From contig JALTLO010000193.1 of assembly GCA_027001995.1 (NCBI GenBank), positions 71,618 to 97,908 of the forward strand: DNA of 26,291 nt, given 5' to 3'. Origin of the DNA: Planctomycetota bacterium (GTDB lineage: Bacteria; Planctomycetota; GCA-002687715; DRQF01). Positions 1 through 9,175 of the stretch are shown here, in pieces. Position numbers and translations under genes: made by a program. The notes below the pieces were generated by a model. The model saw nothing but the letters and a program-made list of their open reading frames with translations. It searched no databases and was not told where the DNA came from. How positions within the stretch are numbered: the first letter of the stretch is position 1; each line of letters starts with the position of its first letter.

Positions 1-18
1 ATTCTCGACCAGAGTTTC

Positions 19-53
19 CCCCCAACCAAACTTCAAAGAGTTTGGATTGGGGG
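19..53 (-). terminator. GC-rich hairpin downstream of aconitase (possible terminator)
   Basis: CCCCCAA-CCAAACT / AGTTTGG-A-TTGGGGG inverted repeat 44 nt past the aconitase stop; no clear U-tract on the - strand. Confidence 0.35.
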
Positions 54-96
54 TTGGTTCGACCACAATGTTGATGCTTTCACTCATGATGTTTTC

Positions 97-2361
97 TTAA
101 CCCTGTTTCGAAATCAGGTTGAGTGCGCTGCCCGCTTTGAACCATTCGATCTGTTCAGCGTTCAGCGTGTGGTTCAGGGTTGCTGTATCTGATGAACCAT
201 CGCTGTGCTTAATGACCATAGTCAAAGTACTTTTGGGCTCAAGATTGGCGAGACCTTCGATGTTGATCCGGTCGTCTTCGAGAATTTTGTCGTAGTCAGC
301 AGGATCTGCGAAAGTCAGAGGCAAAACACCTTGCTTCTTTAAGTTCGTCTCATGAATTCTCGCAAAAGAACGGACAACAACTGCTTTCGCTCCCAAGAAT
401 CGAGGTGACATGGCAGCATGCTCACGGCTCGAACCTTCGCCATAGTTAACATCGCCGATGGACACCCATCCATGGCCGTTTGCTTTGTAGTTTCTTGCGA
501 TAGCAGCGTAGTTCTTACTGGTTTCGCCGCTCAGTTGGTCACGTCCCATGCCAGCTTCGCCGGTAAAGAAGTTGATGGCACCCAAAAACATATTGTCAGA
601 AATCTTGTCCAAGTGGCCTCGATAACGAAGCCAAGCGCCGGCGGGGGAAATGTGGTCTGTCGTACATTTACCTTTGGCCTTGACCAAGACGATAAGGTCT
701 TCCAAGTCTTTGCCGTCCCAAGGCGCAAATGGCTCTAAGAGCTCAAGGCGTTCGGAGTTCTCTGCCACATCAACAACAACTTGTGAGCCATCCTCGGGCG
801 GATCAATCAAGCCGCCATCCGCTTTTTCAAATCCATTGGCGGGTAAAGCGTCAGCAACAGGAGGCTCGAATTTGAACTTCGTGCCATCAGCAGCTTCCAG
901 CTCGTCGGTCATCGGGTTGAACCCTAAATCGCCAGCGAATGCCATCGCCGTGACAATCTCGGGGCTGCCGATAAAACCAAGGGTTTCTGGGTTAGCATCG
1001 TTGCGACCACGGAAGTTACGATTGAAAGAGGTGATGATGGAGTTTTTGTCACCCTTTTTGCTGTCATCACGTTGCCATTGGCCAATGCATGGACCACAGG
1101 CGTTAGCCAGAACCGTCGCCCCCACAGATTCCAAGGCTTCCAACTGGCCATCCCGTTTGATGGTTTCGAAAACCTTGTCAGAACCAGGAGAAACCCACAA
1201 CTGGGTCTTTGTCTTGAGGCCCTTGGCCTTGGCTTGGTTCACCAAGTGAGTGGTGCGCCCGATGTCTTCGTAGGACGAGTTGGTACAACTGCCAATGAGA
1301 GCCGAAGAGAGATTGCGGGGATAGTCGTTTGCAGCACAATCTGCTGCCATTTGACTGACTGGACGTGCCAAGTCTGGAGAGTGCGGGCCGACAACGTAGG
1401 GCTCGAGAGTGTCCAGGTCGATCTCGACAACCTCATCATAGTACTTCTCTGGATTCGCCAAGACTTCGTCATCGGCTGTCAGGCAACCAGCAAATTCTTT
1501 GGCCAAGTCGGCGATATCCCCACGCTCAGTGAGGCGCAAGTAATCTCCCATGGCTTCATCGTAAGGAAAAACAGAAGTCGTAGCACCAAGCTCTGCTCCC
1601 ATATTCGTGATCGTAGCCTTGCCGGTGCAAGAGATGCTCGTGGCACCTTCTCCAAAGTACTCAACGATCTTGTCGGTTCCTCCTTTGGTGGTGAGCAAAC
1701 CGCAGAGTCGAAGAATGACATCCTTGGGAGATGTCCAGCCATTCAACTGACCTTTGAGATGGACGCCAATCAGCTTGGGGTATTTCACTTCCCAAGGAAG
1801 CCCAGCCATGACGTCCACGGCATCGGCACCCCCGACACCAACGGCAATCATGCCCAGGCCGCCGGCGTTGGGTGTGTGAGAGTCAGTGCCGATCATCATC
1901 CCACCGGGGAAAGCGTAGTTTTCGAGAACCACTTGGTGAATGATGCCCGCTCCTGGTTTCCAGAAGCCAATGCCATACTTCTGAGACACGGAGCTGAGGA
2001 ACTTATAGACTTCGTTGTTGTTCTCATTGGCAACATCGAGGTCGGCATCTGCGCCTTTACGAGCCAGAATCAAGTGATCGCAATGGACCGTGGATGGCAC
2101 AGCCGTTTTCTTCTTGCCCGCATGCATAAACTGCAAAAGGGCCATTTGCGCCGTGGCGTCTTGCATGGCAACACGGTCCGGGCGCAGAAGAGAATAGCTG
2201 GAGCCCCGCTCAAACTTGGAGCCATCGAAATCGTCAGCGTGGGCCACCAAGATTTTCTCGGCCAAAGTGAGACCCCGACCAAATCGATCTCTTGCTTTTT
2301 GGTGAACGTCTTTTGATTTCTCGTAAAGGGCACGAACGGTTTCAGCGGTGATCTTAACCAC
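97..2361 (-). CDS. acnA: Aconitate hydratase, mitochondrial-type [4Fe-4S] clade (754 aa)
   Basis: Motifs [65 protein letters not shown]. Start moved to GTG at 2361, which has AAGGAG upstream; the ORF-track extension to 2442 is not protein-like. Confidence 0.96.
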   Translation of the reverse strand: MVKITAETVRALYEKSKDVHQKARDRFGRGLTLAEKILVAHADDFDGSKFERGSSYSLLRPDRVAMQDATAQMALLQFMHAGKKKTAVPSTVHCDHLILARKGADADLDVANENNNEVYKFLSSVSQKYGIGFWKPGAGIIHQVVLENYAFPGGMMIGTDSHTPNAGGLGMIAVGVGGADAVDVMAGLPWEVKYPKLIGVHLKGQLNGWTSPKDVILRLCGLLTTKGGTDKIVEYFGEGATSISCTGKATITNMGAELGATTSVFPYDEAMGDYLRLTERGDIADLAKEFAGCLTADDEVLANPEKYYDEVVEIDLDTLEPYVVGPHSPDLARPVSQMAADCAANDYPRNLSSALIGSCTNSSYEDIGRTTHLVNQAKAKGLKTKTQLWVSPGSDKVFETIKRDGQLEALESVGATVLANACGPCIGQWQRDDSKKGDKNSIITSFNRNFRGRNDANPETLGFIGSPEIVTAMAFAGDLGFNPMTDELEAADGTKFKFEPPVADALPANGFEKADGGLIDPPEDGSQVVVDVAENSERLELLEPFAPWDGKDLEDLIVLVKAKGKCTTDHISPAGAWLRYRGHLDKISDNMFLGAINFFTGEAGMGRDQLSGETSKNYAAIARNYKANGHGWVSIGDVNYGEGSSREHAAMSPRFLGAKAVVVRSFARIHETNLKKQGVLPLTFADPADYDKILEDDRINIEGLANLEPKSTLTMVIKHSDGSSDTATLNHTLNAEQIEWFKAGSALNLISKQG

Positions 2362-2587
2362 GGGTATTCTCCTTGAGACGGGATGCGGGAGCGGGCCACG
2401 GCCCGGGAGAAGATGATAACGCCGAATGGGAAAAGAATCCACGGTCGGAAGGCCGGATTTAGCCTATCCCAAGCACCTGGGCTTTCCCGACTCTCACGGG
2501 GCTTTCGTGATTTCTTTCCCGACATCAAGACTCGGAACTCGCAAAGCAGCTTATCTGTACGCCCCAGCAGGTCGGCACAGCAGACAA

Positions 2588-3319
2588 TCAGGCCCGGGGA
2601 GGCACAATCCGCAGCCGTACAAGGGTCCAGAGCCCCCGAGCAATTTCGGCACGTGAAATCTTTGACTGCCCGGCCCTTCGGTCATGAAAGACAATAGGGA
2701 CTTCGCCAATGGAAAACCCAGCCCGGGTGACCCGAAAAATCATCTCCTCCAAGTAAGAATAGCCGTGGGACAAAACGGTTTCTGGTTTGATGCGCAGCAA
2801 GACCTCTCGGCGATAGAGCCGAAAACCCGCAGTGCAATCTTTCGCCGGGATCGACAGAATCACGCGGGTCAAAAAATTCGCTGTCGCCGAAAGAGCCCGC
2901 CGGCCAAGTCCCCAGTTTTCGATGCGTCCACTTTCAACGTAGCGCGACCCAATCACCAAATCGTGGTCATCCATAGCTTGGATCATTTGGGGAATCACCT
3001 CGGGGTCATGGGAGAGATCAGCGTCCATGGTGATGACAGCGCCAGCGCCATGAGCCAAGGCCCACTTCATCCCAGCGGCGTAGGCACTTCCAAGACCGAG
3101 TTTTCTTGGCCTTGAGATCAAACGGATTTGTGAGTTTAGGCGGGATTGTTCGATGATCTTAGCCGCCGTGCCGTCGAAGGAGTTATCATCAACAAAGACG
3201 ATCTCATCAACCTGTTCAATGGCTAACAGTCTATGGACAAGTTCATCGACATTATCGACTTCATTGAAGGTGGGAACAACAACAGCAAGCCGCAAAGTTT
3301 TCTTTTCGGTCACAATCAT
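2588..3319 (-). CDS. Polyprenol-phosphate mannosyltransferase-like GT2 glycosyltransferase (DPM1/Ppm1 family)
   Basis: VVPTFNE, VDDNSFDGT, KLGLGSAY, MDADLSHDP, GSRYV, DCTAGFR, EVPIVFHDRRAGQSKI; ATGA overlap with upstream permease. Confidence 0.92.
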   Translation of the reverse strand: MIVTEKKTLRLAVVVPTFNEVDNVDELVHRLLAIEQVDEIVFVDDNSFDGTAAKIIEQSRLNSQIRLISRPRKLGLGSAYAAGMKWALAHGAGAVITMDADLSHDPEVIPQMIQAMDDHDLVIGSRYVESGRIENWGLGRRALSATANFLTRVILSIPAKDCTAGFRLYRREVLLRIKPETVLSHGYSYLEEMIFRVTRAGFSIGEVPIVFHDRRAGQSKISRAEIARGLWTLVRLRIVPPRA

Positions 3320-4263
3320 GCTCTTCTAATCGTTCGCCGAGCAAGACTGCCCAAGAAGTCACCAACAATCACAATGGCACTATTCACCAGAATAAAGAAA
3401 ACAGCCTTGTCATAGTGAAAGAAGGCAAAGGCATGATCAATGTGCAGCCCCAAGGTGTGAATGGCGAGAATTCCCAGAATAGCCGTTTCTCGAATGCATG
3501 TTTCCCAACGATAGAAGAAATAAACCAAGAACTGTCGATAGGCGCGAGGCCCCACTCCCAACATCGAAACTGCAAGCTTCCCCGCTCCTAAACCTGCCAA
3601 GGCGTGGAGAGGTTTCGGTTCTAAGTCCTCCACACTTTCGCTGGTCAACTTGGCCAGAATTCCGGCGTTATGCAGCGCCAATGCCAACACCCCTGCTAGA
3701 GCCACAGGACCAAGAAGGATGAGCAACAAGAAAGCCCAAACGAATTCTGGAATCGCCCGAAGTAACAGTAAGATCGAACGTGCCATAAGAAAGAGGCCAT
3801 AGCGCCCTCCACGCTCCCACCTGGAGCCCTCATCATCGGCGGGCAAAAACCCTCGGCGTAGAGCAACATTGCGCGAAGCCGGCAGAACCAAGAAAGCAGC
3901 GCAGATCGCCGCGAGAACAATGGCAAGAACAGAGATCGAAACGGTCTCAACAACTCCTGACCAACCGATTTCAGCCCAAGTTTCTTGAGCCCAGCCAAAA
4001 AACAAATCGCTATCCCATTTGCCATGAATGTGGCCATACTCATCTTTCACCCGCAGGGGAAAAGGAATGACGTCAGCGACAAAGCGAGGTTGCACATGAA
4101 AACGACTCTTTCCGGTAACCGGATGAGTGAGTCCCAAATCGAGGGCGAACCAACTGAGTGCACAGCAGGAAGCAAAAATGGCAGTTGAAAAGAGCAACAC
4201 CCGATCGCCGGGGCTCTTCTTCTTCAGGGCTCGTATAGCCTGCAATCGTTCTTCTCGATTCAT
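3316..4263 (-). CDS. phnE: PhnE/PtxC-family ABC transporter permease
   Basis: RAIPEFVWA, LALALHNAGILAKLTSESVE, YRWETCIRETAILG; ATG 4263 overlaps upstream TGA (alternative ATG 4269). Confidence 0.88.
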   Translation of the reverse strand: MNREERLQAIRALKKKSPGDRVLLFSTAIFASCCALSWFALDLGLTHPVTGKSRFHVQPRFVADVIPFPLRVKDEYGHIHGKWDSDLFFGWAQETWAEIGWSGVVETVSISVLAIVLAAICAAFLVLPASRNVALRRGFLPADDEGSRWERGGRYGLFLMARSILLLLRAIPEFVWAFLLLILLGPVALAGVLALALHNAGILAKLTSESVEDLEPKPLHALAGLGAGKLAVSMLGVGPRAYRQFLVYFFYRWETCIRETAILGILAIHTLGLHIDHAFAFFHYDKAVFFILVNSAIVIVGDFLGSLARRTIRRA

Positions 4264-5147
4264 CGCCATGCTGTCAGCCTCCTGCGCAACACGCCGCTGA
4301 CCATCTCCGTGGTGATAAGAACAAAGAACAAGACATAGAGGTAGGTCCAGGCTTCCCGATAGAAATTATATCGCACGGCGCTGTGAATGCTGAGTCCAAG
4401 AGTTGGAAAACCGATAAAACCAAGAATCGCGCTCGATCGCAAAGAACAATCGAAACGGTAGAACGTGTACGAGAGCATCGAGCTGGCGGCCCGAGGCAAG
4501 AGCCCAAAAACGAACATGGCGAAATTGCCAGCACCACAATCTCTCAGTGCGCCAGCCGCATCCCGGTCGGTTTCATCAAGAAGCTCGGCATAAATGCGAC
4601 CGAAAGTCGCCACATAAGGAATAGCCAACGCCAAGATGCCACATGTTATGCTCAGTCCGAAAATTGCCACCCCTAAGATAGCCCAGAAGATCTCGTGGAC
4701 TGAACGCATCAATGCCATGAAAGCACGTATGCCAACAAGAAGAAGAGGCCGCAGAACTCGCCGTGAAAACTTGAGTCCAGGGTTTTCCCAAACAACGGAG
4801 TCAACCATCCAAAACGCTTCGCTGGCCAAACACCCCAAGACAAAGCCGAAGGAGATCGCCAAGCTCATGGCGGCGAAAGCCACCAAGACTGTGGTGAAGA
4901 CCGCCTCGATCAAACCAGGAACTAAGTCATAGGCACCCGGACTTTCCGAAGTCAAAGTCGGAGAAAGCGCGGCCGAACAAAATAAACGAAACTGTACCCA
5001 GCCATCCTCAGGGCTACCATCACCGAAGAGATCCAAGCTACTCCCTGCGGCCACAGTCGCCACGAGAATGATGAGCCCGAGAGTCCAAGGCCGGGTCCAA
5101 TAAGAACGGAGATTGGGGCGCAATCGACTTTCTTCTGCTTCTGCCAT
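4260..5147 (-). CDS. phnE: PhnE/PtxC-family ABC transporter permease
   Basis: RSVHEIFWA, GRIYAELLDE, YRFDCSLRSSAILGFIG; multiple TM segments; TAATG overlap with ATPase stop. Confidence 0.88.
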   Translation of the reverse strand: MAEAEESRLRPNLRSYWTRPWTLGLIILVATVAAGSSLDLFGDGSPEDGWVQFRLFCSAALSPTLTSESPGAYDLVPGLIEAVFTTVLVAFAAMSLAISFGFVLGCLASEAFWMVDSVVWENPGLKFSRRVLRPLLLVGIRAFMALMRSVHEIFWAILGVAIFGLSITCGILALAIPYVATFGRIYAELLDETDRDAAGALRDCGAGNFAMFVFGLLPRAASSMLSYTFYRFDCSLRSSAILGFIGFPTLGLSIHSAVRYNFYREAWTYLYVLFFVLITTEMVSGVLRRRLTAWR

Positions 5148-5917
5148 TAGCTGCGTTCCTCAAGCTCATAGAGCTGCTCAAGATCGGCGGCTTGGACGTC
5201 CTTTGCCAGTTTGTCAAATTCGATCTTGCCAGCGCGCATACCTACAAGCCGGGTGCAAAACTCAGTAGCGAGGTCAATATTGTGAAGGGAGACAATAATG
5301 GTCTTCCCAGTTTCCTGGTTGATGCCCGAAAGTAAGTCCATAAGGTCGTGGGCACGAGCCGGGTCAACGGAGCTGACTGGCTCATCAGCAAAAATGGCCT
5401 TGGGATCTTGAAACAAAACCCGGGCAATGGCCACACGCTGCTGCTGCCCTCCAGAGAGCTTTGAGGTGCGTTCATACATTTTGTGAGTCAGAGCCACACG
5501 GTCCAGACAAGCGTGAACTTTGACCAGATCGTCTTTGGCTGGCCAGAGCAGAGTCCGCAATGCGCCCCAGGCTCCGGTGTAGCCCAAGCGCCCCGCCAAG
5601 ACGTTGGTGGCAACCTTCAGCTCTGGAACCAGGTCGAGGGACTGATGGATAAATCCTGTTTCTCGGCGGCGAACCAAGAGCTCTTTGCGCGAAAACTGCT
5701 GGACCATACGCCCACGAGACAGAACCTGCCCGGCACTGGGCTGGAGCATGCCCCCAAGCAAGCGCAAGAGTGTCGTCTTGCCAGCGCCGCTTGGACCAAT
5801 GATCCCCACAACTTCACTGGATGCCACGCTCAGACAAATGGAATCAAGAGCCGTTGTCTCACCGAATTTCTTGGTGACTTTCTGGATCAAAAATGCGTGC
5901 TCGCCCACATCAGTCAT
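5147..5917 (-). CDS. phnC: PhnC-family ABC transporter ATP-binding protein
   Basis: Walker A GPSGAGKT, signature LSGGQQQRV, Walker B FADEPVSSVDP, H-loop SLHN, NVLAGRLG typical of PhnC. Confidence 0.92.
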   Translation of the reverse strand: MTDVGEHAFLIQKVTKKFGETTALDSICLSVASSEVVGIIGPSGAGKTTLLRLLGGMLQPSAGQVLSRGRMVQQFSRKELLVRRRETGFIHQSLDLVPELKVATNVLAGRLGYTGAWGALRTLLWPAKDDLVKVHACLDRVALTHKMYERTSKLSGGQQQRVAIARVLFQDPKAIFADEPVSSVDPARAHDLMDLLSGINQETGKTIIVSLHNIDLATEFCTRLVGMRAGKIEFDKLAKDVQAADLEQLYELEERS

Positions 5918-6828
5918 GAGCCGCGAATCATTCCCAAAGATTCCGCCGTTTGGCGAATGCCCTCGTAATCGACGTTGGAAGCCTTGATGAATTTCTTTCG
6001 AGAAAATGCGTCAAGAATGCGTTTGTGCCCCGGAACCTTGTAGTCCAGCCCCAAGAGAGCCTTTGTCAGCTTTTCCTTGAAACCAACACCGTAGACTTCA
6101 TTGATATCTCCGGGAACAGACCAGTTGTAGTCAGCGAATTCCGGGGTTTTCCAAATGACATAGGCTTTCCCGGTTTTCCCTTGTGCCTTTTTTGTTTCCC
6201 AAGTTTTGCCATTCACAGCACCAACCTGAAAAGCGCCGCTGGCTACGGCGTCAATCGTTTTGTCATGAGAGCCGGAAAAGCCGACGTTCTTACTGAAAAC
6301 TTCGCTTGGCGCCTTGCCCAAAGCTTCTCGAATGAAGGCTTCTGGCATCAGACGGCCGGAAGTAGAGCTCTTGCTACCAAAGGTGAATGTCTTGCCGACA
6401 ATACCCTTGGGAAAGTCTTTGCTAACTTTGAGACCGGAATTGGGATGAGCGATAAAATAGGAATAGAAGGCCTTATCCGACGCTCCCTGAGCAATAGCCT
6501 CCCCTGGAATAACGGTTCGCTCCCGTGCTTGAACACCCGTGAGGCCGCCGAACCAAGCCAAATAAACTTCTTGTCCGGTCATGGCGGTTACCGCCAGGGC
6601 ATAACTGGTCACTGGCTTGTAAACCACTTTGATGCCCAAGGCCTCACTCAAATAGTCAGCCATCGGGTCAAAGCGTGCCCGTAAGGAAGTTTCATCATCG
6701 TCTGGAATCGCCGTAAAATAGAAGGTCTCTGGGGCCGCCGTGTTATCGGATGATTCATCGCCACAAGAGGCCAGAAAAGCCGATCCGATGACCATCAGAA
6801 GAACGAGGTTGAAACAGGAAAACTTCAT
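5914..6828 (-). CDS. phnD: PhnD-family substrate-binding lipoprotein, putative selenate clade
   Basis: Lipobox LASC; FTAIPD, LAWFGGLTGVQAR, FTFGSKSSTSGRLMP, FSGSHD, DYNW resemble the putative selenate-binding subfamily; substrate not determinable. Confidence 0.88.
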   Translation of the reverse strand: MKFSCFNLVLLMVIGSAFLASCGDESSDNTAAPETFYFTAIPDDDETSLRARFDPMADYLSEALGIKVVYKPVTSYALAVTAMTGQEVYLAWFGGLTGVQARERTVIPGEAIAQGASDKAFYSYFIAHPNSGLKVSKDFPKGIVGKTFTFGSKSSTSGRLMPEAFIREALGKAPSEVFSKNVGFSGSHDKTIDAVASGAFQVGAVNGKTWETKKAQGKTGKAYVIWKTPEFADYNWSVPGDINEVYGVGFKEKLTKALLGLDYKVPGHKRILDAFSRKKFIKASNVDYEGIRQTAESLGMIRGS

Positions 6829-6882
6829 GAGCCACTCTTTTCAAGAAATGTGTCGATGAGGCCCGTCCTCTTGCAAAGCGCA

Positions 6883-6908
6883 AGAATCTCGGCCCGGGCA
6901 GAGATTCT
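6883..6908. promoter_or_regulatory. 26-bp near-perfect palindrome upstream of ABC operon (operator candidate)
   Basis: AGAATCTCGGCCCGGGCAGAGATTCT, one mismatched pair, 55 nt upstream of the phnD-like ATG. Confidence 0.4.
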
Positions 6909-7070
6909 ATGCGAAAATCCTAAGCTCGAAACACGCAAGCTGTGAATCGGCAAAGACTTCCACACAGATTCGGCGGATAAGGAGCAAAAAGCGATTATGA
7001 CTGCGGCAGAAGTGAAGAGCGGTGCGGCTGATGCCTCAGGAGTCGGCGGGAACAGGCAGCAACAAACTTA

Positions 7071-7094
7071 AGCGCTCCAAGTTATTGGAGCGCT
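7071..7094 (-). terminator. Intrinsic terminator after bL37-like gene
   Basis: Perfect 10-bp stem AGCGCTCCAA/TTGGAGCGCT, 4-nt loop, followed on - strand by TAAGTTTGTT. Confidence 0.75.
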
Positions 7095-7135
7095 GTCGTT
7101 TATGTCAGATTGAAGAAGGTTCAAACAGAGGTGAA

Positions 7136-7222
7136 TTACCACTTCTTGGTGCGGCGAGCACCATGGTTTGAAGGGCGTTTGCCACCATTGGCCTTCTTGA
7201 TCTTGCGCTTGTTCTTAGCCAT
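7136..7222 (-). CDS. 50S ribosomal protein bL37-like peptide (28 aa)
   Basis: Hand translation MAKNKRKIKKANGGKRPSNHGARRTKKW*; AAAGGA RBS upstream; own terminator; KANxGKRP resembles the bL37 motif KANHGKRP. Below the ORF-track length cutoff. Confidence 0.8.
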   Translation of the reverse strand: MAKNKRKIKKANGGKRPSNHGARRTKKW

Positions 7223-7268
7223 TTTTTGATCCTTTCAAATCCAACCGCTTGCTGCGGTGAGGACGCAC

Positions 7269-7296
7269 AATATATCTCGTCATGATTCCAGAACAA
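7269..7296 (-). promoter_or_regulatory. Sigma70-like promoter candidate for bL37-like gene
   Basis: TTGTTC-16nt-TATATT on - strand ~47 nt upstream of ATG. Confidence 0.35.
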
Positions 7297-7323
7297 GGGC
7301 TCGTTTTGGGGGATTCCGCTAAA

Positions 7324-8601
7324 CTATCTTTCCATCGCCGCTGAAAAGGCCGATTTCATGGCCTTCTTCATCGTCTCAAAGGCCCTTTCATCATGAGCAG
7401 TCGACACGAACCATGCTTCAAACGGTGAAGGGGCTGGCATAACCCCCTCTTTGAGCAGAATGTGGAAGAAACGCCCATGTTTATCCCGATCCCCCGCCAT
7501 GGCATCTGCCAAGTTTAAGACTGGGGAGCTGCTGAAATAGGGGCAAAACATGGATCCGACGCGATTGACCGTGATTGGGCAATTCGCAGCTTCTGCGGCC
7601 TCCTCGATCAAGGAGGCGGCCTGGGCACCGATGGCTTCGAGCTGCTGATAGACACCCGGTTTTCTCAGTTCACTCAAGGCCGCCAGTCCTGCGGCAACCG
7701 CCAGTGGATTGCCGGAGAGCGTTCCTGCTTGGTACATAGGGCCCAAAGGGGCCACTTGGTCCATAATGGAGGCTTTTCCACCATAGGCACCCACAGGAAG
7801 ACCACCGCCAATGACTTTGCCTAAAGTGGTGATATCCGGGTCAATACCGTAGAGCTCCTGCGCACCCCCTGCTGCAACTCGAAATCCTGTCATCACTTCG
7901 TCAAAGATCAGCAAGGTGCCAAACTCGTCACAAAGCTCTCTGAGCCCAGCCAAGAACCCTTCTGCAGGAAGCACACAGCCAATATTGCCAGCAATAGGCT
8001 CAACAATGATAGCGGCGTATTCCTCAGGTCGAATAGTCAAGAGGGCTCGAACGGAACCCAAGTCGTTGTAGTCCGCAATACTCGTGAGCTCGGCGTACCC
8101 TTCTGGCACCCCTGGGCTATCCGGGTTCCCCAAGGTCAGGGCCCCAGAGCCAGCCTTGACTAAAAAGCCATCACCATGGCCGTGGTAGCAGCCATCGAAC
8201 TTGATGAACCGATCTCGGCCAGTGTAGGAGCGCGCAAGACGAACCGCGCTCATGGTGGCTTCTGTCCCCGAGTTGACTAAACGTACTTTGTCGATGGAAG
8301 GAACCATGTCGCAAATAACTGTGGCGATCTCCGTCTCGGCTGCGGTGGGAGCCCCATAGGACGTACCCCGCTGAATCGCCGCCATGAGAGCTTCATTGAT
8401 TGCCGGGTGGCCATGCCCCAGAATTTGCGGCCCATAGGACAAAACGAAGTCGACATAGGCTTTGCCGTCTTCATCCCAAACCTGAGCTCCCGCCGCCCGA
8501 TTGACGAATACCGGATCGCCGCCTACAGATTTATAGGCGCGAACTGGCGAATTCACGCCACCTGGGATGACCTTCTTGGCCCGTTCGAATAGATCAGACA
8601 T
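7324..8601 (-). CDS. hemL: Glutamate-1-semialdehyde 2,1-aminomutase (425 aa)
   Basis: PGGVNSPVRA, NSGTEATMSAVRLAR, GCYHGHGD, FDEVMTGFR, PLP lysine GKVIGGGLP, AGTLSGNP; ATG 8601 with GAGGT RBS. Confidence 0.97.
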   Translation of the reverse strand: MSDLFERAKKVIPGGVNSPVRAYKSVGGDPVFVNRAAGAQVWDEDGKAYVDFVLSYGPQILGHGHPAINEALMAAIQRGTSYGAPTAAETEIATVICDMVPSIDKVRLVNSGTEATMSAVRLARSYTGRDRFIKFDGCYHGHGDGFLVKAGSGALTLGNPDSPGVPEGYAELTSIADYNDLGSVRALLTIRPEEYAAIIVEPIAGNIGCVLPAEGFLAGLRELCDEFGTLLIFDEVMTGFRVAAGGAQELYGIDPDITTLGKVIGGGLPVGAYGGKASIMDQVAPLGPMYQAGTLSGNPLAVAAGLAALSELRKPGVYQQLEAIGAQAASLIEEAAEAANCPITVNRVGSMFCPYFSSSPVLNLADAMAGDRDKHGRFFHILLKEGVMPAPSPFEAWFVSTAHDERAFETMKKAMKSAFSAAMER

Positions 8602-8768
8602 GGCTACCTCTTTCCTATGAATTTGGCCGTCATCGCGCAGCAATTCGAGCCATCGACTCATCTTAGGCAGGCCATGCGACTCCCCCAAGGAGGGGACGGG
8701 CACATCAACCGAATACCAAAGCAGTGTTGAGACGAAAAGTTCCAAAACACCGATCCTTCACTCCATGA

Positions 8769-9091
8769 CCAACGCGGCGGGCAGTTTCTTGGCGGCAAAT
8801 GGGCCGAAGAGTTGTTGAGGGCCGCTTCGCCATTCTCTTCCTCGGCCTGGTCCAATCGGCCGCTCCATCAAGAAGTAGATATTTTGTTCCTCTGGGGGAA
8901 GCAACCACGTAGATGTATTCCCGAACGTGACTGGTGGAAACTGCCTGGTTGGCTTGAAGCACTCCGGGGTCGTCGTGCAGAAAACTTCCTGCCCAAGTCC
9001 CGGCGCGATTTGGATGTGAGTGAGTTCCCCCCGAAAGACATGAGAGAAATGGCCTTCGGTGTCAAAGAGCACCCAAGTCACGCTTGGCTCA
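8769..9091. repeat. Direct repeat copy 1 (degraded gene remnant, coded on - strand)
   Basis: Aligns with 13139-13390: about 21 substitutions over ~251 nt by hand count; carries an extra 72 nt (8891-8962) and one fewer A in the run at 8981-8984. Confidence 0.95.
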
Positions 9092-9175
9092 AAGATGTCC
9101 TCAATCTCAGCACGCTCTCTGTCCCCGATGACTCAGTCGATGACTTCAATTGAAAGAGGCACCGATATAGGGGCG

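Noticed and set aside
1072..2316. 414-aa + strand ORF and other long antisense ORFs (e.g. 5950-6684, 25041-25769)
   Set aside because: Antisense shadows of well-conserved - strand genes
8602..8745. 48-aa N-terminal extension of HemL
   Set aside because: Strong RBS at ATG 8601 and homology starts there
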